Assembly (NCBI GenBank): GCA_010015585.1
Contig: ML975150.1
Length of the DNA: 64,000 nucleotides
Strand: one strand, 5' to 3'
From: Eremomyces bilateralis CBS 781.70
Taxonomy: Eukaryota
Both the position numbers and the translations under genes were made by a program. Shown here one piece after another: positions 50,204 to 63,300 of the stretch (its first letter is position 1; each line of letters opens with the position of its first letter). A model generated the notes under the pieces. That model saw only the letters and a program-made list of their open reading frames with translations, did no database searches and had not been told where the DNA came from.

Positions 50204-53200
50204 ATGGCCGCCCGATCCGGCGCGTCATCCATTACTGTCGCCGTCCGAGTCCGGCCCTTCACCATTCGAGAAGCTGCCCAGCTCACCAAATGCGATGACA
50301 GCCCGCTGTTTCTTGGGGATGGGTCGTTAGCATCAGTTCCAACACCGAAACTGTATCAGAAAGGCCTCCGACCTGTCATCAAAGTCGTCGATGACAAGTG
50401 CTTGTATGTTTTGAATGGCGACTCGTGTGGATGTTTACATGTGCTGATACTGTGCTTTCAACCAACAGAGTCTTCGATCCACCGGAGGATAACCCAGTCC
50501 AAAGATTCTCCAAGTCCATTGTTTCTCAGGGCAAGAGGGTCAAGGATCAGACCTTTTGTTTTGACCGAGTGTTTGACGACAACACAACCCAAAGCGATGT
50601 TTACGATTCGACGACCAAGCCCCTCCTCGACAGCGTACTCGACGGATACAATGCTACGGTATTTGCATACGGTGCGACGGGATGCGGGAAGACACACACG
50701 ATCACGTATGTTATGGTTCCTCCCCGTCGCAGCTCTTTGTTGACAATTGCAGTGGCACGGCCCAGCAGCCTGGGATCATCTTCCTCACCATGCAGGAGTT
50801 GTTCGAGCGGATACAAGATGTCCAGGAAGAGAAAGTGACCGAAATCACACTCTCTTACCTCGAGATATATAACGAAACGATAAGGGACCTGCTGGTTCCC
50901 GGCGGAAGTAAGCAAGGATTGATGCTTCGGGAGGACGCCAATCAAACTGTCTCGGTCGTTGGGCTCTCCAGCTACAACCCGCAGAATGTAAGTGATTAGT
51001 GTGCTTTATCCCAAACCAGGTTTCTGACCGGCTATAGGTACAGGAAGTTATGGACTTGATCATTCGCGGAAATGAGTTCCGAACTATGTCACCGACCGAA
51101 GCAAATGCCACATCATCCCGCTCGCACGCCGTCCTTCAGATCAACATATCCCAGAAAGACCGAAATGCAGACGTCAATGAGCCGCATACCATGGCCACAC
51201 TGAGCATCATCGACCTTGCTGGGAGCGAGAGAGCCAGCGCGACCAAGAATCGAGGAGAGAGGCTCTTAGAAGGCGCGAATATCAACAAATCGTTGCTAGC
51301 GTTGGGGGGCTGCATCAATGCCTTGTGCGATCCGAGAAAGCGGAACCATGTGCCTTACCGGAACTCAAAGTTGACTCGGCTGCTGAAGTTCTCACTGGGA
51401 GGCAATTGTCGAACGGTCATGATCGTTTGCGTTAGTCCTTCAAGCGCCCATTTTGACGAGACTCAAAACACTCTCAGATATGCGAACCGAGCCAAGAACA
51501 TCCAGACAAAGGTTACGAGGAACGTATATAACGTCAACCGACACGTCAAGGATTTCCTGAAGAAGATCGATGAACAAATGGCGCTTATCAACGAGCTGAA
51601 GCTGCAACAAAAGGACTCCGAATCTCATGCCTTTGCTAAGTTCAAGAAGCAAAACGAGAAGCGTGATGCGATCACTCGGGAAGGAATCGCTCGAATCCGC
51701 AGCGCCTTCGAACATTCTCTTTCGGAACGCCAAGAAAGAATTGGCATGATGAAGAAACTCCGCCAAATTGAACGACGAATATCACTCATATCCGCTTGGG
51801 TGGCCGGTTTCGATACCGTTTGCGACTCCAGAGAGGACGAAGAGCCACCAAAGAGCCTATCGACGATGCGAAAAACCGCTCAAGGGATCCTTGCCGAATT
51901 GGAAAACAGCCGCCAGCATTATCACCAACGTCTTGCGAAGAACAACTGGGATCGAGCTTTGGAGATGGCGTTGCAGACCGGCCTTCGCCAACTGAAGGAG
52001 GCCGACGGAACCGATGAAAGTTTCGAAAACTCTACCTTGATGCGTGAAACAGAGCTGTTGAGGTCGATTGCCGATCGAGAAATGTACACCAGCATGTTAG
52101 ACCAAGAGAAAGGGGGTGACGCGGCCGTCGTTCAAGCATTGCTCCAGGCTCACTTCGATACCATCGCCATCATCAACCAGATCTTGATGATGGACGAAGA
52201 GGATGCAGTCCAAGCTGCAAAGAACCTCCTAGGGAAGATGGTTAATGCGTGTACATCCGTGACATCACAGGTCATCAAGCCGGACGGGGGTCTTCCTCTC
52301 ACAGAAGCGTTTGCGCCACGGAAGACAGGGACGCCGAAACGGCGCAACCCAGGCATGCTTCTTGGACCATCCCCAGTCGTTGCTCTTCAACCACCGAGAT
52401 TTTTAGAAACACCAACGCTCTCATCGTCTCCCGTCAAGGCCTCCCCCCGACGAAGGAAGCTAGGAGGGGCAAGGAAAGGCGTTACCTTCACTCCTAAGAA
52501 TAAATCACCAGCTAAAGGCACCAAGCGTGTGGTGCGCTGGCGAGATGATACCGAAGACGGGACGCTTGCCGAATTCCAGGTGACGCCGCAACGATTGGAC
52601 TCAACGCCTGAGATCTCCTCCGTTGAGATGCCTCCACCCACGTTGCCTGCCATGGTCCAAGTTCCAGAGAAAGAGGGTTCATCTCCTATCCCCCCACCGC
52701 CGGAGACTTCAGTAGAGCTGAAATCGAAGCGCAACCGGTTTCAGTCTGGGTTCCTGTCCAAGAAATCGGACACCTCACCCACGCCTCTCTCGCAACAGCA
52801 ATTGTCACAGCAATCATCTTACTCGTCAGATTCCGACTCGCATTCCCCTCTACGGGAACTGCAACCCAACGCCGCTCCTCACCCCTCTCCACTACACCAT
52901 GTCTCCAACGCTTCATCTGACAATACCCCGGCCGAGAGCAGTTCCGCATCATCGTCATCCGATGAAGAAAAGTCTCGTCGCACAGCCTACCCGGTTGATC
53001 GCGCCGAGGCAAAGTCAATTCGCTCCGCCATGAAACGCCAATCCATGGGATCCGGCGGCGGTACTGCCCGGACTCATCGACGCCGTAGCCCAACCACGAG
53101 CGCTTCGGCCATGGCCGTCAGCACCGGCAGTCCCAACGGAGAAAACTCCATGTTTACCGCGTCGCATGCGCGACGAATGGTGCGTAGCGAGCGGACGAGC

Positions 53201-53422
53201 GACGCCGACTGGAAAGCAAGCATCCTGAGCCCTCGTCCAGGGGCGATTATCAAGAGTGGTGGTCGACGGACCACCATGGCAGGGGCGGGAGTCGGCTCCG
53301 AGGATGGTGAGCGCCTGGGTGGGGGACTGAGGGCCGGGCCGGTCCGAATGGCAAGTGCTAGCTCGAATGGCACCACGGGTGGTCGAGGGAGTCTGGTGTC
53401 GAGCAAGAATATTTGGAGATGA
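50204..53422 (+). CDS. KIP3: Kinesin-8 (Kip3/KipB/Klp5-6-like)
   Basis: ITVAVRVRP, FDRVFD, FAYGATGCGKTHT, SYLEIYNE, SSRSHAV, IIDLAGSERA, HVPYRNSKLTRLLKFSLGGNC. Three introns. Confidence 0.93.
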
Positions 53423-54200
53423 ACGGACGTGGCCCCATGTTTGAGTCTCGAGATTCGTCCGCGGACGATCGCATTGCTCGTAAGACAGATGTAGGAGTTT
53501 CGGCTGGTTTGGCGGTCGGGGTATGATGAGGTCCTGGATCGGAGTACTGGTTTGGTTGGGTCCAATTCTTGTAATATGCGCTACCTCAGCATCATGTATG
53601 GCGCAAGGAACTCGTTGACTACGAACGGCCTAGGTAGTAAAGTATGTTGAAATAGGATCACCTTAGTTCTCAATCTTGGTCCTTATGAGGACGGGTTATA
53701 TGTTAAGGGTGCTATCAGACCTGGACGTGATGTCGTCATTCCGCATTTTCCGGGTGGTTTTGTCCAGTGCCAGGCATCTGTGGCGTTACGCGTGTGACCT
53801 CCAGTCACAAGCTTCGCGGGCTGTGATATCGGTAACCACCAAAATAGCGAAGATGTAGTAGAGATCTGATCAGATTCAGTCATCCCTAACCAGGCAATAC
53901 GAACAGTACGAGGCAGCCGTACCTACACTACTCAGCCCGTATGTATATCCCACTACCAGATAACCATCCGTCCACCTTTTGTCTAAGTCAGATGTATCGA
54001 TTCTATCAATCCCGTTCCTTGAGGATAGCACTCTACCTGTCAGTCTAGTCCGTTTTTCCGTGTTTTATTGTGCCCCGAACTGTTGTCCTTACGGTACTTG
54101 ATCGGCGACGAATAACACTTCGCAAACAATACCTTTTTGTCCTCGTCCTCCCAACCATTCTGGAAGCTTCATAACGGTCTTAGCCCTGGTGTACAACTGT

Positions 54201-55233
54201 ATGGATGACTTAGCTGTAAGTGTTGTCTTCAGCGAACTATCTGCAGGGCGCGGATAGTTTCAACCGAACATCTTTTTCATCACAATGTCAATATCGGTCC
54301 ATGATGATGATGACTAATGCAATAAAAGGAGTTGGCCCTTACCGCCGTCGATGCTGGCACGCATAAATATTATGACAAACTCCACGATACCCTCCGGCGT
54401 GTTGCCCCGGGAGGAGGGAATCGAGATCGGTCCCGGTCGCGAAAGGGAAGACGAGACTCACAGCAGCCCGAACGACGCAGCATGGACGACTCTGATGATT
54501 CACGCGACGTCGATCAGTGGGATCGAGGTCGGAACTACGCTCGAGACGAGTACCCAGACGATCGACAAGGCTACGACAGAAGTAGTGCCAGTGTGGGTGG
54601 CCAGTTGTCCCACCAAGAGTATCCCCAGTATCCACCAAACGTAAATCCGCAGCATCACCGGGATGGCGGGTATATGCACTCAGTACGCCAACACTATTCT
54701 AGGGATCATTACCTATTCGACTCTTTAACACTATGTTACAGCCTTCAGGTGCCCCCTACCCACCTGATGACCAGCACCCCCTTTACTCTACTCCCTATCA
54801 ATATCCATCGGAACGCAGCGCCATGGCTACAAGGGATGAATCTGGCCCGATGCGCTATAGGACAACCAGTGTCCCCCCAGGATATCACGACCGGCATTCC
54901 TCTCCATACGAAGAATCACGTCCCCACCGTAAATCGCGCCCTGACCGACCATACGATGACGAATATCACCGCAGACGGCGGACGCGGTCTGCCTCACGTC
55001 GTCATAAGAGTGACGATTTGTCACTTGGTGCAAGCCTGGCTGGTGCATTAGCCGGCGGGTGGGTTGGTCACGAGCTCGGGAAAGGGGACTCTGTTGCCAC
55101 TGCTGCTGGCGTGTTAATCGGCGCGCTTGGAGCAGCAGAGGCAGACAAGATGTACGACAAGCACAAAGAAAAAGATAGGCGAGAAGAGAAGGACTGGGAA
55201 GAGAAATGGGCCACGGAAGGGAGGAGGTATTGA
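54201..55233 (+). CDS. Glycine-zipper (2TM-type) domain protein
   Basis: Exon MDDLA, intron 54216-54328, ELALTAVDAG..., intron at about 54683-54741, and C-terminal LGASLAGALAGGWVGHELGKGD..ATAAGVLIGALGA. Confidence 0.7.
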
Positions 55234-55438
55234 ATTTCGGGAAATCGGTGTATGATTGTTACGACAGTCACGACTTATGGATATTGGTGTAAGAAACGGC
55301 TCCTTCATCTGAATTATATGTATAGTGCGCAGGGTAGGTCCCTCGAATGTCGTTCATTACAGGTACAATTAGCGAGACTGATTCAATCCTACAACTTTAT
55401 TCATTCAGCCGTACTACCAGTCGTACTACAATGTCTGT

Positions 55439-57047
55439 GTGGGGAAATTTTCATACACTCCACTGACTGAATACTCCGACTCCCTCGAAAGGTCGACTAG
55501 ACTACCGGCTTTTCTGCCATACCATGTCGAAGACTCCAAATTCGACAAGTTTCCAAGTGGTGTCTCCAGCTCTGAAATGTTCATTCTATACATTCGCTTG
55601 GTTATCCGGACAATACTCATTCTAGCTAGTTGCGTGTGGGTCTTCAAGGAGTACATCAAGGAATCCATCAGCAACCTAAGGTCCACTGGCTTAAGGGGAC
55701 TGCAAGACACGATACTCAAACATAACCACGAACTGCCCTCAGTCGTAGCGACAAATTTTCCAATAGGAATAGAAAATGTCCCCCAAAACTTCGCGGACGT
55801 CGACGCCAAGTCGATACTAAACATAATCGGCGAACCAGAAAATATCGCCACGCAACGAATTTTGTACATAAGAAATATATACCGTTCGCGTACGTTTTAT
55901 ACATCCCTGAGGATATACATAGGCGGGGAGTTCTAGTCAACGTCCACCTCTTGAAGAACAAGTTCCGTACAAGGCATTAGATCTACGTCTTCGTCAGCCA
56001 GGATATCTCCCCGGCGTATCTAGTCAAGTTACGCGGCTCTGGCGCCACGGTCCTGTCTCCGAAGTCTCCTCCTCCAGAGAGTGGGAGTCGGAATGAGACA
56101 GCTAGTTCGCTCCTGAAGCCTGCGAGCTTCTAACTACACAAGTTTGAAACCTCCATTCGTCAGATCCTGCTCATGGATGAAGATCAACTAGTCATGAAAA
56201 GCCTGGATACACTATTTCAAATCCCCGAGACTAATATAGCCGCTCTGCAAGTTTATTCGGATATTGTTCAAGCTCTTTCAACGAACCTGATGCCTGTGTC
56301 CCTGAGTGGGATGACATCAAAACCCACTTACCCATGTTATATTATGGAGTGATCGAAAGTGCGTTTATCAATACCTTGTTTCAGGATATCGCCATGGTAC
56401 TTCCTGGAGCGTTCGCGACAGCCGACGACCACTGGCTCAAAAAGACCGTACCAAACTGGTTCTGAGGGGCAAGCGATCTCGCCGGGGAAGAACAACAATA
56501 TCAGGAGCATAAGGAGCTCAGTGAGGCCATCGAAACCGAGATGGAACCAGAAGATCCCACATCAGGAGACAACTCTCGTACGTGGCAGCGAAGGTCATTG
56601 TCAAGGATATTACGAGGTCTACAGTTCACCTCAAATCTAGCCGAGGGTGTGGATCCCGATGACACTTTGCACTCATTGCACATTCATAGTGAAGGAGACA
56701 ATCAAGGACACCTCAATGCTTTTCCGCCAGGCTCCAGAGAGGAAATCAGTGGCAAAAATCGGAAGGAGAAGACGGCCGAAGCAAACACCGCGGCTCCAGA
56801 AAAGAATTATGTTGCTGAGTATTCCAGAGCAACTTCGCAACAACCGGATCAGCTCCGCTCTATCACATCCATCCTTTGGTTCATGCCACACCTGGGGCCT
56901 CCTCGGAAAACTGCGAAAAGAGATATGAAGAAGGCCACGGCTGACGCGCATGGCGATTTCGAGGACTTTTATAAGGAGTGGTGGGACATTGCGAGACGAT
57001 CTGTCCAACGTGGAATATGGATGGGTCAGATATCGACAGACATTTGA
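55439..57047 (+). pseudogene. Glycosyltransferase family 8 (Gnt1-like) pseudogene
   Basis: Type-II TM segment, then FAYVLY...VLVNVHLLKNKFRTRH*IYVFVS, LLKPASF*LH, RQILLMDEDQLVMKSLDTLFQIP, INTLFQDIAMVLPGAFATADDHW..NWF*. Stops and frameshifts. The start is approximate. Confidence 0.7.
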
Positions 57048-57399
57048 GGGCGCTAATGCAGTGGATCCAAGTTTATGTTTCTTTTCAGTCTTATTTAGAA
57101 TTAATGGATATTATGCTTGCTTTGGTGCTCGACCTCCTTGAGTATTTCCAGTCACTGTGAAATGTCCTCCTCTCCCCTTTCTCGAGCTCCCCTGACCGAT
57201 TCAGCGAAAGTGACGAAGATCTCAGACTTGACTATGGGCCTCTCCGGCAGTGTATGCCTTAATGCGATGGCTATTGCCATCGAAATACTTGCGATACAAA
57301 GTTCATTCCCTATAGCAAAATCAAGGCTCACAGCTAGCCACTGTCTTGCACACGTTAAGGAATCAGCTCGACTTTCTGAACGTTCATTCCCCCAACGAG

Positions 57400-58165
57400 T
57401 TATTGATCACCCACCGAGAGACGTAGCACAGACTCAAGTTCACTATCATGCTCATCATCTATAGTACTGATGCTCGGTTCGTGCCGGTGTCTGCGGTGGC
57501 GGCGGCCAGTGTGCCGTTGAGCGAGTTGAATAGCCACGTTGGCCGCCAAGTTAGGATTGCTTCTCAATGTATCAGCGAATCGAAGTGGATCTCGACGGAA
57601 CATTCGGGTAAACTTCTCCTGAACAAAATTGCCCACCGTCCTACCGTCCAGGGTGGAAATAAAAGCTTCGCGATGCACCATGTTGGCAGCTTTGGCGACA
57701 TCGCCCGGGTCAAAAGAGTATTCGTCGCTGATGCGACGGACAATCAGGACTTTCGGACCCAGTGGAGTATTTTCTTCGATTTCGCTGACCGCGGGACCAA
57801 TATCGTACTTATCTGCTATAATCCAGAGGTCGAGCAGCTCGGTCAATGTAAGGCTGTTTACCTCAGATTTCAGTGTCTCAGGGCGGTCTGCTAAGTACAG
57901 GAATCTGAACATCGTGCAGACGGCATACTCATCATAGCTCTCCAATGGAATGACAGGAGAAGCGGTCTCTGCGAGTGAGCTTTCCAATAGTCCCTTGAAG
58001 AAGCCGCTCGCCTGGCAGAGGATCAAGCGGTGGAGGAAGAGTCTCCGCTGCCCAACATGGACTTCAATATCTGAATGAGTACGATTGTTGAAATATCTGC
58101 ATGTACCATTAGCTTGCCATTCCGGATTTTTAGGGATAGGCCATTCACGTTGCTAAACCCGACAT
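57400..58165 (-). CDS. BTB/POZ domain protein
   Basis: Exon MSGLAT, intron 58097-58148 (GTGAAT..CTAAT..CAG), then YFNNRTHSDIEVHVGQRRLFLHRLILCQASGFF...MFRFLY...LWIIADKYDI. Confidence 0.85.
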
Positions 58166-60312
58166 GATGGTTGTTCAAGTTGTTTTCAGGAGTGAGCATT
58201 ATCTCACCCACCATGGAGCGACAATTCGGCCATAATATATCTGGACATACTGTTGACTCAACCAATCTACTTCACTCGACTGACTCGGACATATTAGTCC
58301 ATGAGAACGAAGCTCTGTCACCCTTGGGCAATAAGTCAGTCACAGACTTTATCCTCCGGTATGGTGCTGGGCCTCCCTATGCTATCCCTTGCTCTTTAGA
58401 AATCCTGCCAGCAGGGCCTGATATGGTCGGTGCGAAGGCACGCTGCCAATGTCCGAAGAAAGGCGCCGGCTGCCTTCAATCACCCGACAAGTACAGGCCA
58501 TGGGCTTTTACTGCATCGTCGTTCCGGGATCTCCCAGTTGAGCGTTGGCGATAATAGATGGGCGTCTCGCCGTCTCGTGAACTGCAGATGGACCTAAAAA
58601 TACCCACATGAAATACGATGAACCGCCCAGGCCCGGGGCCGCGTGCAATATATGGATGCTTCATCTAATTCTTCATCTCGGCCCTCACTGCCGCCATGAA
58701 GCGCCTGGAATTTTTTGAGGTCCCACAATCCCGTATGCCTGACAATGGTACTCTACCCATGGTTAGCCCATATCCAGGACTCTACTGCTATTCTAGGCCT
58801 GGCATCGAGCATACCTTAGGAACCGAAGTGGTGGGACTGCAATTTAGGGGATGGCGGGATTCATGCCTCAGCTGCGGGATGTAGCGGGGTAATCGGCCGC
58901 CCACAGTATTTGGCGGAATGTGACGAACGAGCAAGAAAAGTAAGGGCTAAGGTTCTAGCGGTTGAAGTTATCATACGGTAATTGGGGCCCAGTTGATGAG
59001 GAGAGAAGGCGGCTTGCACTCCCGCCGTGATGCTGTTGGTGTTGTTGCTCACGGATACCGCCTGCTCCACATGCAAGGTATTGTTTTGACAGGTCAACCA
59101 ACCCTTAACCGCTATCATATCGTACCATGCAGAGTGAATGCAGTGTACCACATTATGAAAGTAAAATATCTCTCTCCCATCACATCGGGGTCACCAAACA
59201 CAGCGACTTAGAAGATCGCGACGGATATCGCACCGGTCTCTTGAAGAGTCTTACTGATCCAATCACTGGGACTGGTATGCACTGTACAGTGGGTAAGGTA
59301 GGTATAGAATCGCATAATATGGTGAAAGCATCCCACCCCAACATGAAGGCCTCTGGTCCGAGACCGTTCCTAGTGTCCACGGAGTTTTACCAGGAGGGGA
59401 AGGTCCTCCTCCTTTGCGCTGTATCGGCCTCACGGACGATAGACCAGTGCAATTCCAAACACGGATAAAACATGGTTCCGATGATTGTTTTGCTAGCACG
59501 CTCAACTTGATGGCTGCGGAAACAGAAAGGGGAAGGTAATTCGGAGGCGGAGTCAGGTGGTCGGTAGGATGGGCACCGAATGGGCAATGGATTGGTGGAA
59601 CTTCGTGGCGAGGAGAAAGTCATGCTATCCTGATGACCGAACGGACAATTGGCAAACTGCGTTGTAGCAATGCTCTGTTCGATAGATGCCGTTTCAACTG
59701 ACTGGCAACCGGGAGCCTGGGTAGTAGGTTTAACCCACTTCCCTTGCAATGAATTATATTGGGCAAGCAAACGAAGTTCATTGGAAGAACGATCAATTAA
59801 ATAGAGGAACCGGAGCTTCGTTTTGTTCTTGATAATACATACAACGGTATCCGCAATGTTATGGAGTAAAATGCAAATAGGCTGCCGTTATCCCATTCCT
59901 CCTGTCCGTGAAAGCGAGAACCGCGCAACGAAGAAACGAGAAATCCATCCGTAATTCGACGCTTTTGATCCGTTCGCAGAATACCGACCGATATCAAGCA
60001 TATCCATAATGTTTAGACGTTACCACAAATGTTCATCGAATAACAGTGCGTGTGAAGAAAAACCAGGTTACCTTGTCCATGGGGCCAAGGATGACTGGGA
60101 TATCGATGCCGGTCTCTCACGCAGCCACCGAAGTCAAATTTGAGCTGAACCGAAATGGCATGCGGAACGAGGAGGATGAGAAGAACAAGGGACAGGATGA
60201 AAGCAAGGAGAACGCCCAGAAATACACGAGGTCTCTGGAAACTAGGGTATCGTGGGCATTCGAACCTGGCTCATACGAGTCCAACTTCCCGCAAGATCGA
60301 AGGTGTGGGTAT

Positions 60313-63300
60313 TTAAGGCGAAGAATCGCGTCTGGATCGTTTGCTCCTCTCTAACCACTTCCGCTTCCCGACCCGGGTCTCGAAATGCGGCGCCACGTTT
60401 GAAACATCTTGACCTGCCGCCACCATGGTGCTACGCATTTTATTGCGGTAGGCATCCACTGTGAGAAGAGAGCAGCATATCAGTAAAGTTCATATGTTTT
60501 ACCTTCGCTGGACACTCCATAGATTGAAGACTTACAAGATCGTTGCAGGAACAACGTCCTTCCGGAGAACACGCGACTCTGGCTCCAGCTCATTCGGTAG
60601 CCCAGGTCGTTCAACGTCATCTCTTTGCCACGCTTTGTCCGGTTCATGCGTGGGAGCGTTACCTTCGCCTCGCTTCCATCTAGCATCGGCACCGCAACAA
60701 CGGTCTGTGCTGCCGGTCCATCAATGTTGTCGTCAACGTCGTTGGGCCATCGACCGGTCCGTGGCGATGGAGGAGGTGACTGCATTTCGGTCGCATACCA
60801 AGAACGCGGGTAAACAGAATTGTTCTTACGGTAGGAGTCGGGCATTTCATGCATGCGGACCTGATCCAACATAACACGGACCCGGACGCGGGTATTGCGC
60901 TGGGTGTCGTCGACGAGAATGAATTTGCGTCGCTTCTCTTCGGGGAGATCGCCGAAAAGAGCGATGTTTCGCTCCTCGTCTTGATCGTCCCTTGCTCGTG
61001 ATGATACTATCACCGAATTCGTATGTGAGGGCGCGTGTCCCAATTGCTCAACGCTATCATGTGTAGGCGGGATCGTCGATGTCACCATGCCTTGAGACGT
61101 AGGATAGGTCGGGTAGAAATTATGCGCTTGACGGACGTCATTGGGTGACGCATTTCCATTGGGAGGGGGATGGTGGTGTGCGTGAGACCCGTCGGCATAC
61201 TCAGCGCTGGCTACAGAGAGAACAAATTAGCATGCACAATGGACTACTTGAATATGGCGATTGAGGGGGATCCGTGTCCATGATACGGCGCATGACTTGT
61301 GACGAGTACATTATCCCGATTTGTGATTGATGGCCCTTTCGGGGGATGCCTCGACAGTCGCTCTAGCAAGACTCTGTGCAATATGAAGGGGTAAAAAGTG
61401 TTAAGGTGTTACACACCAAGATGAAGAATATAATGTACATCTCATTTAGAAAGGAAATAAAAGATCGAGGGCATTCGCGTCCATAATTCAATTTCCCATC
61501 TCAAGCCGTGGCGTTAAAAACATCAAAGGAAACGAAAACGGACTTTAAAGAGCACTCAGATCACATCTGGTGGAACATACCGCTAACATCATCTGCACCG
61601 CCCGGTGCACCTCCTCCCGGATGCTCATGGTGGTGGTGATGCATCTGCGGTCCTCCCATGCTAATGCTGGGCTGTCTCGGCGGCGCGGCCAACCCAGCGG
61701 AATTGGGAATGCCAGGAGCGCCCGGGGCACCTGGACCTGCCATGTGCGGAGCATGTTGTTGCGGCGCTGCTTGTGCTTTTCTACTGTTCATCTTGGCCAT
61801 CCTCCTCACCCGCCTGCTTCGAAGCCTTGGATCTTGGTTGCTATTCCTCCAGCTATCCACGGCTCGCTGAATGAGACCCCGCTTGCCTCGTAGGCAAGGA
61901 TTGAGTTGAGCCAAAGCCCAACCAACGGTGTTGCACTCGGTCTCGTAGGCAAGACGGTTGCCCTTGTAGTCCTCCTTTCGACAACACGCGCGGGGATACA
62001 CGCAATTCTCCGTCTTAAATTCTTGCGGAAGACTATCGACATCGACGGACTCAACGTCACAGCGGATGGTGTACTCCATCTTGACGCGATCACGCGAGTA
62101 CTCAAATGCGATCCATTGGACGCCGTTCTGGTCTTGTCGCACGACAAGTGGAGTGGTCGCAGGAATCGGGCCTGGGGCTGCGTTCGGGTTGATGCTTGGA
62201 CCAGCACCGGGAGGACCTTGTTGATGCATGCCACCTGCGCTTCCGGGAGGTCCTGTTGGAGTCGCGGACGCGGGGCTGACGCCAGTTGGTTGCCGTGGCA
62301 TTTGCCCTTGCTGCATCTTTTGGGTGGGAGAGTTGGTTAGGGCTGGAGTGTGAGGGTGAGACGTATGGTAAGGCATAGGCTGCGCTTGCGACTGGGTCAC
62401 GAAGTTGGTCGCGATCGGAGCCGGCTGCTGAGTTCCTGGATGCTGCGCGTAGGGAGGCTGCTGCGGAACAGGGTATGGCGGGTAGTAAAGTTGCTGCCCG
62501 TACAGTTGCCTGCCATGCTGATCATGCTGCGGGGATTGAACAGATACAGAGGCGGGCGAGGCGGATTGCGGAGTGTGATAGATAGGGGGATAGGGGCGAT
62601 TCATTGTTGCGGTTGCCATGGAGAGCTCAGGGTTCTCTATTCGATATGTCAGGTTCAGATTCAAGAATTGGATACCAAGCACCTGCCATCGGACGACAGG
62701 TGCAGGATGAATCCACAAAATGTATTGAGGATTCCAAACGAGGGTCTCGGCTTACCAGCTGACGTGTAACTTGCACTGTTGGAGCTGTACGGGCTTGGAT
62801 GAGCGGTAAAGTAAGGTAACTGCTGAGTGTTCTGATCGGTCTGACCAGGAACTGGAGCTCCGTAAGGCGACTGGTGCTGATGTTGAAGCTGGTGATTTGG
62901 AGGATGCGGCGACGCGTATGGACCGGGTCCAGTCGGTTGGTTAGCCTGGGGTTGATGAGAAGCGTCAGTGGGATGATGCTGCTGAGTTGCAACTGCTGAT
63001 CGAGGATGCTGCGGGACGTGTTGCGGCGGTGGAAGCCCTTGCTGCGGCGCGTGGGGATGATGCTATTGATCAACGACTGGTTAGCGAACGGATCCGTCGA
63101 TGCGATATCTCATAGTGTGTGACAGTGATTAGGTGGGACAGTGTTCGTTTAATTGACGGAAACAAATCGACAATTGTCGCTCCCGCACTTGACTGGGCCA
63201 GGATACAGCAGTGCTAAACCTCGCGATGGCCATGAAATACCAAAACACAATCCAACAGAGGCAGTACAAGGTACAGTCCAAGACGAGGACGCCGGGGTTG

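Noticed and set aside
19391..53422. BUB1 and kinesin-8 as a mitotic gene cluster
   Set aside because: They are about 27 kb apart with unrelated genes between them; chance proximity is sufficient.
59127..59468. Ankyrin-like fragment DLEDRDGYRTGLL
   Set aside because: A single short resemblance with no further repeats or gene structure.
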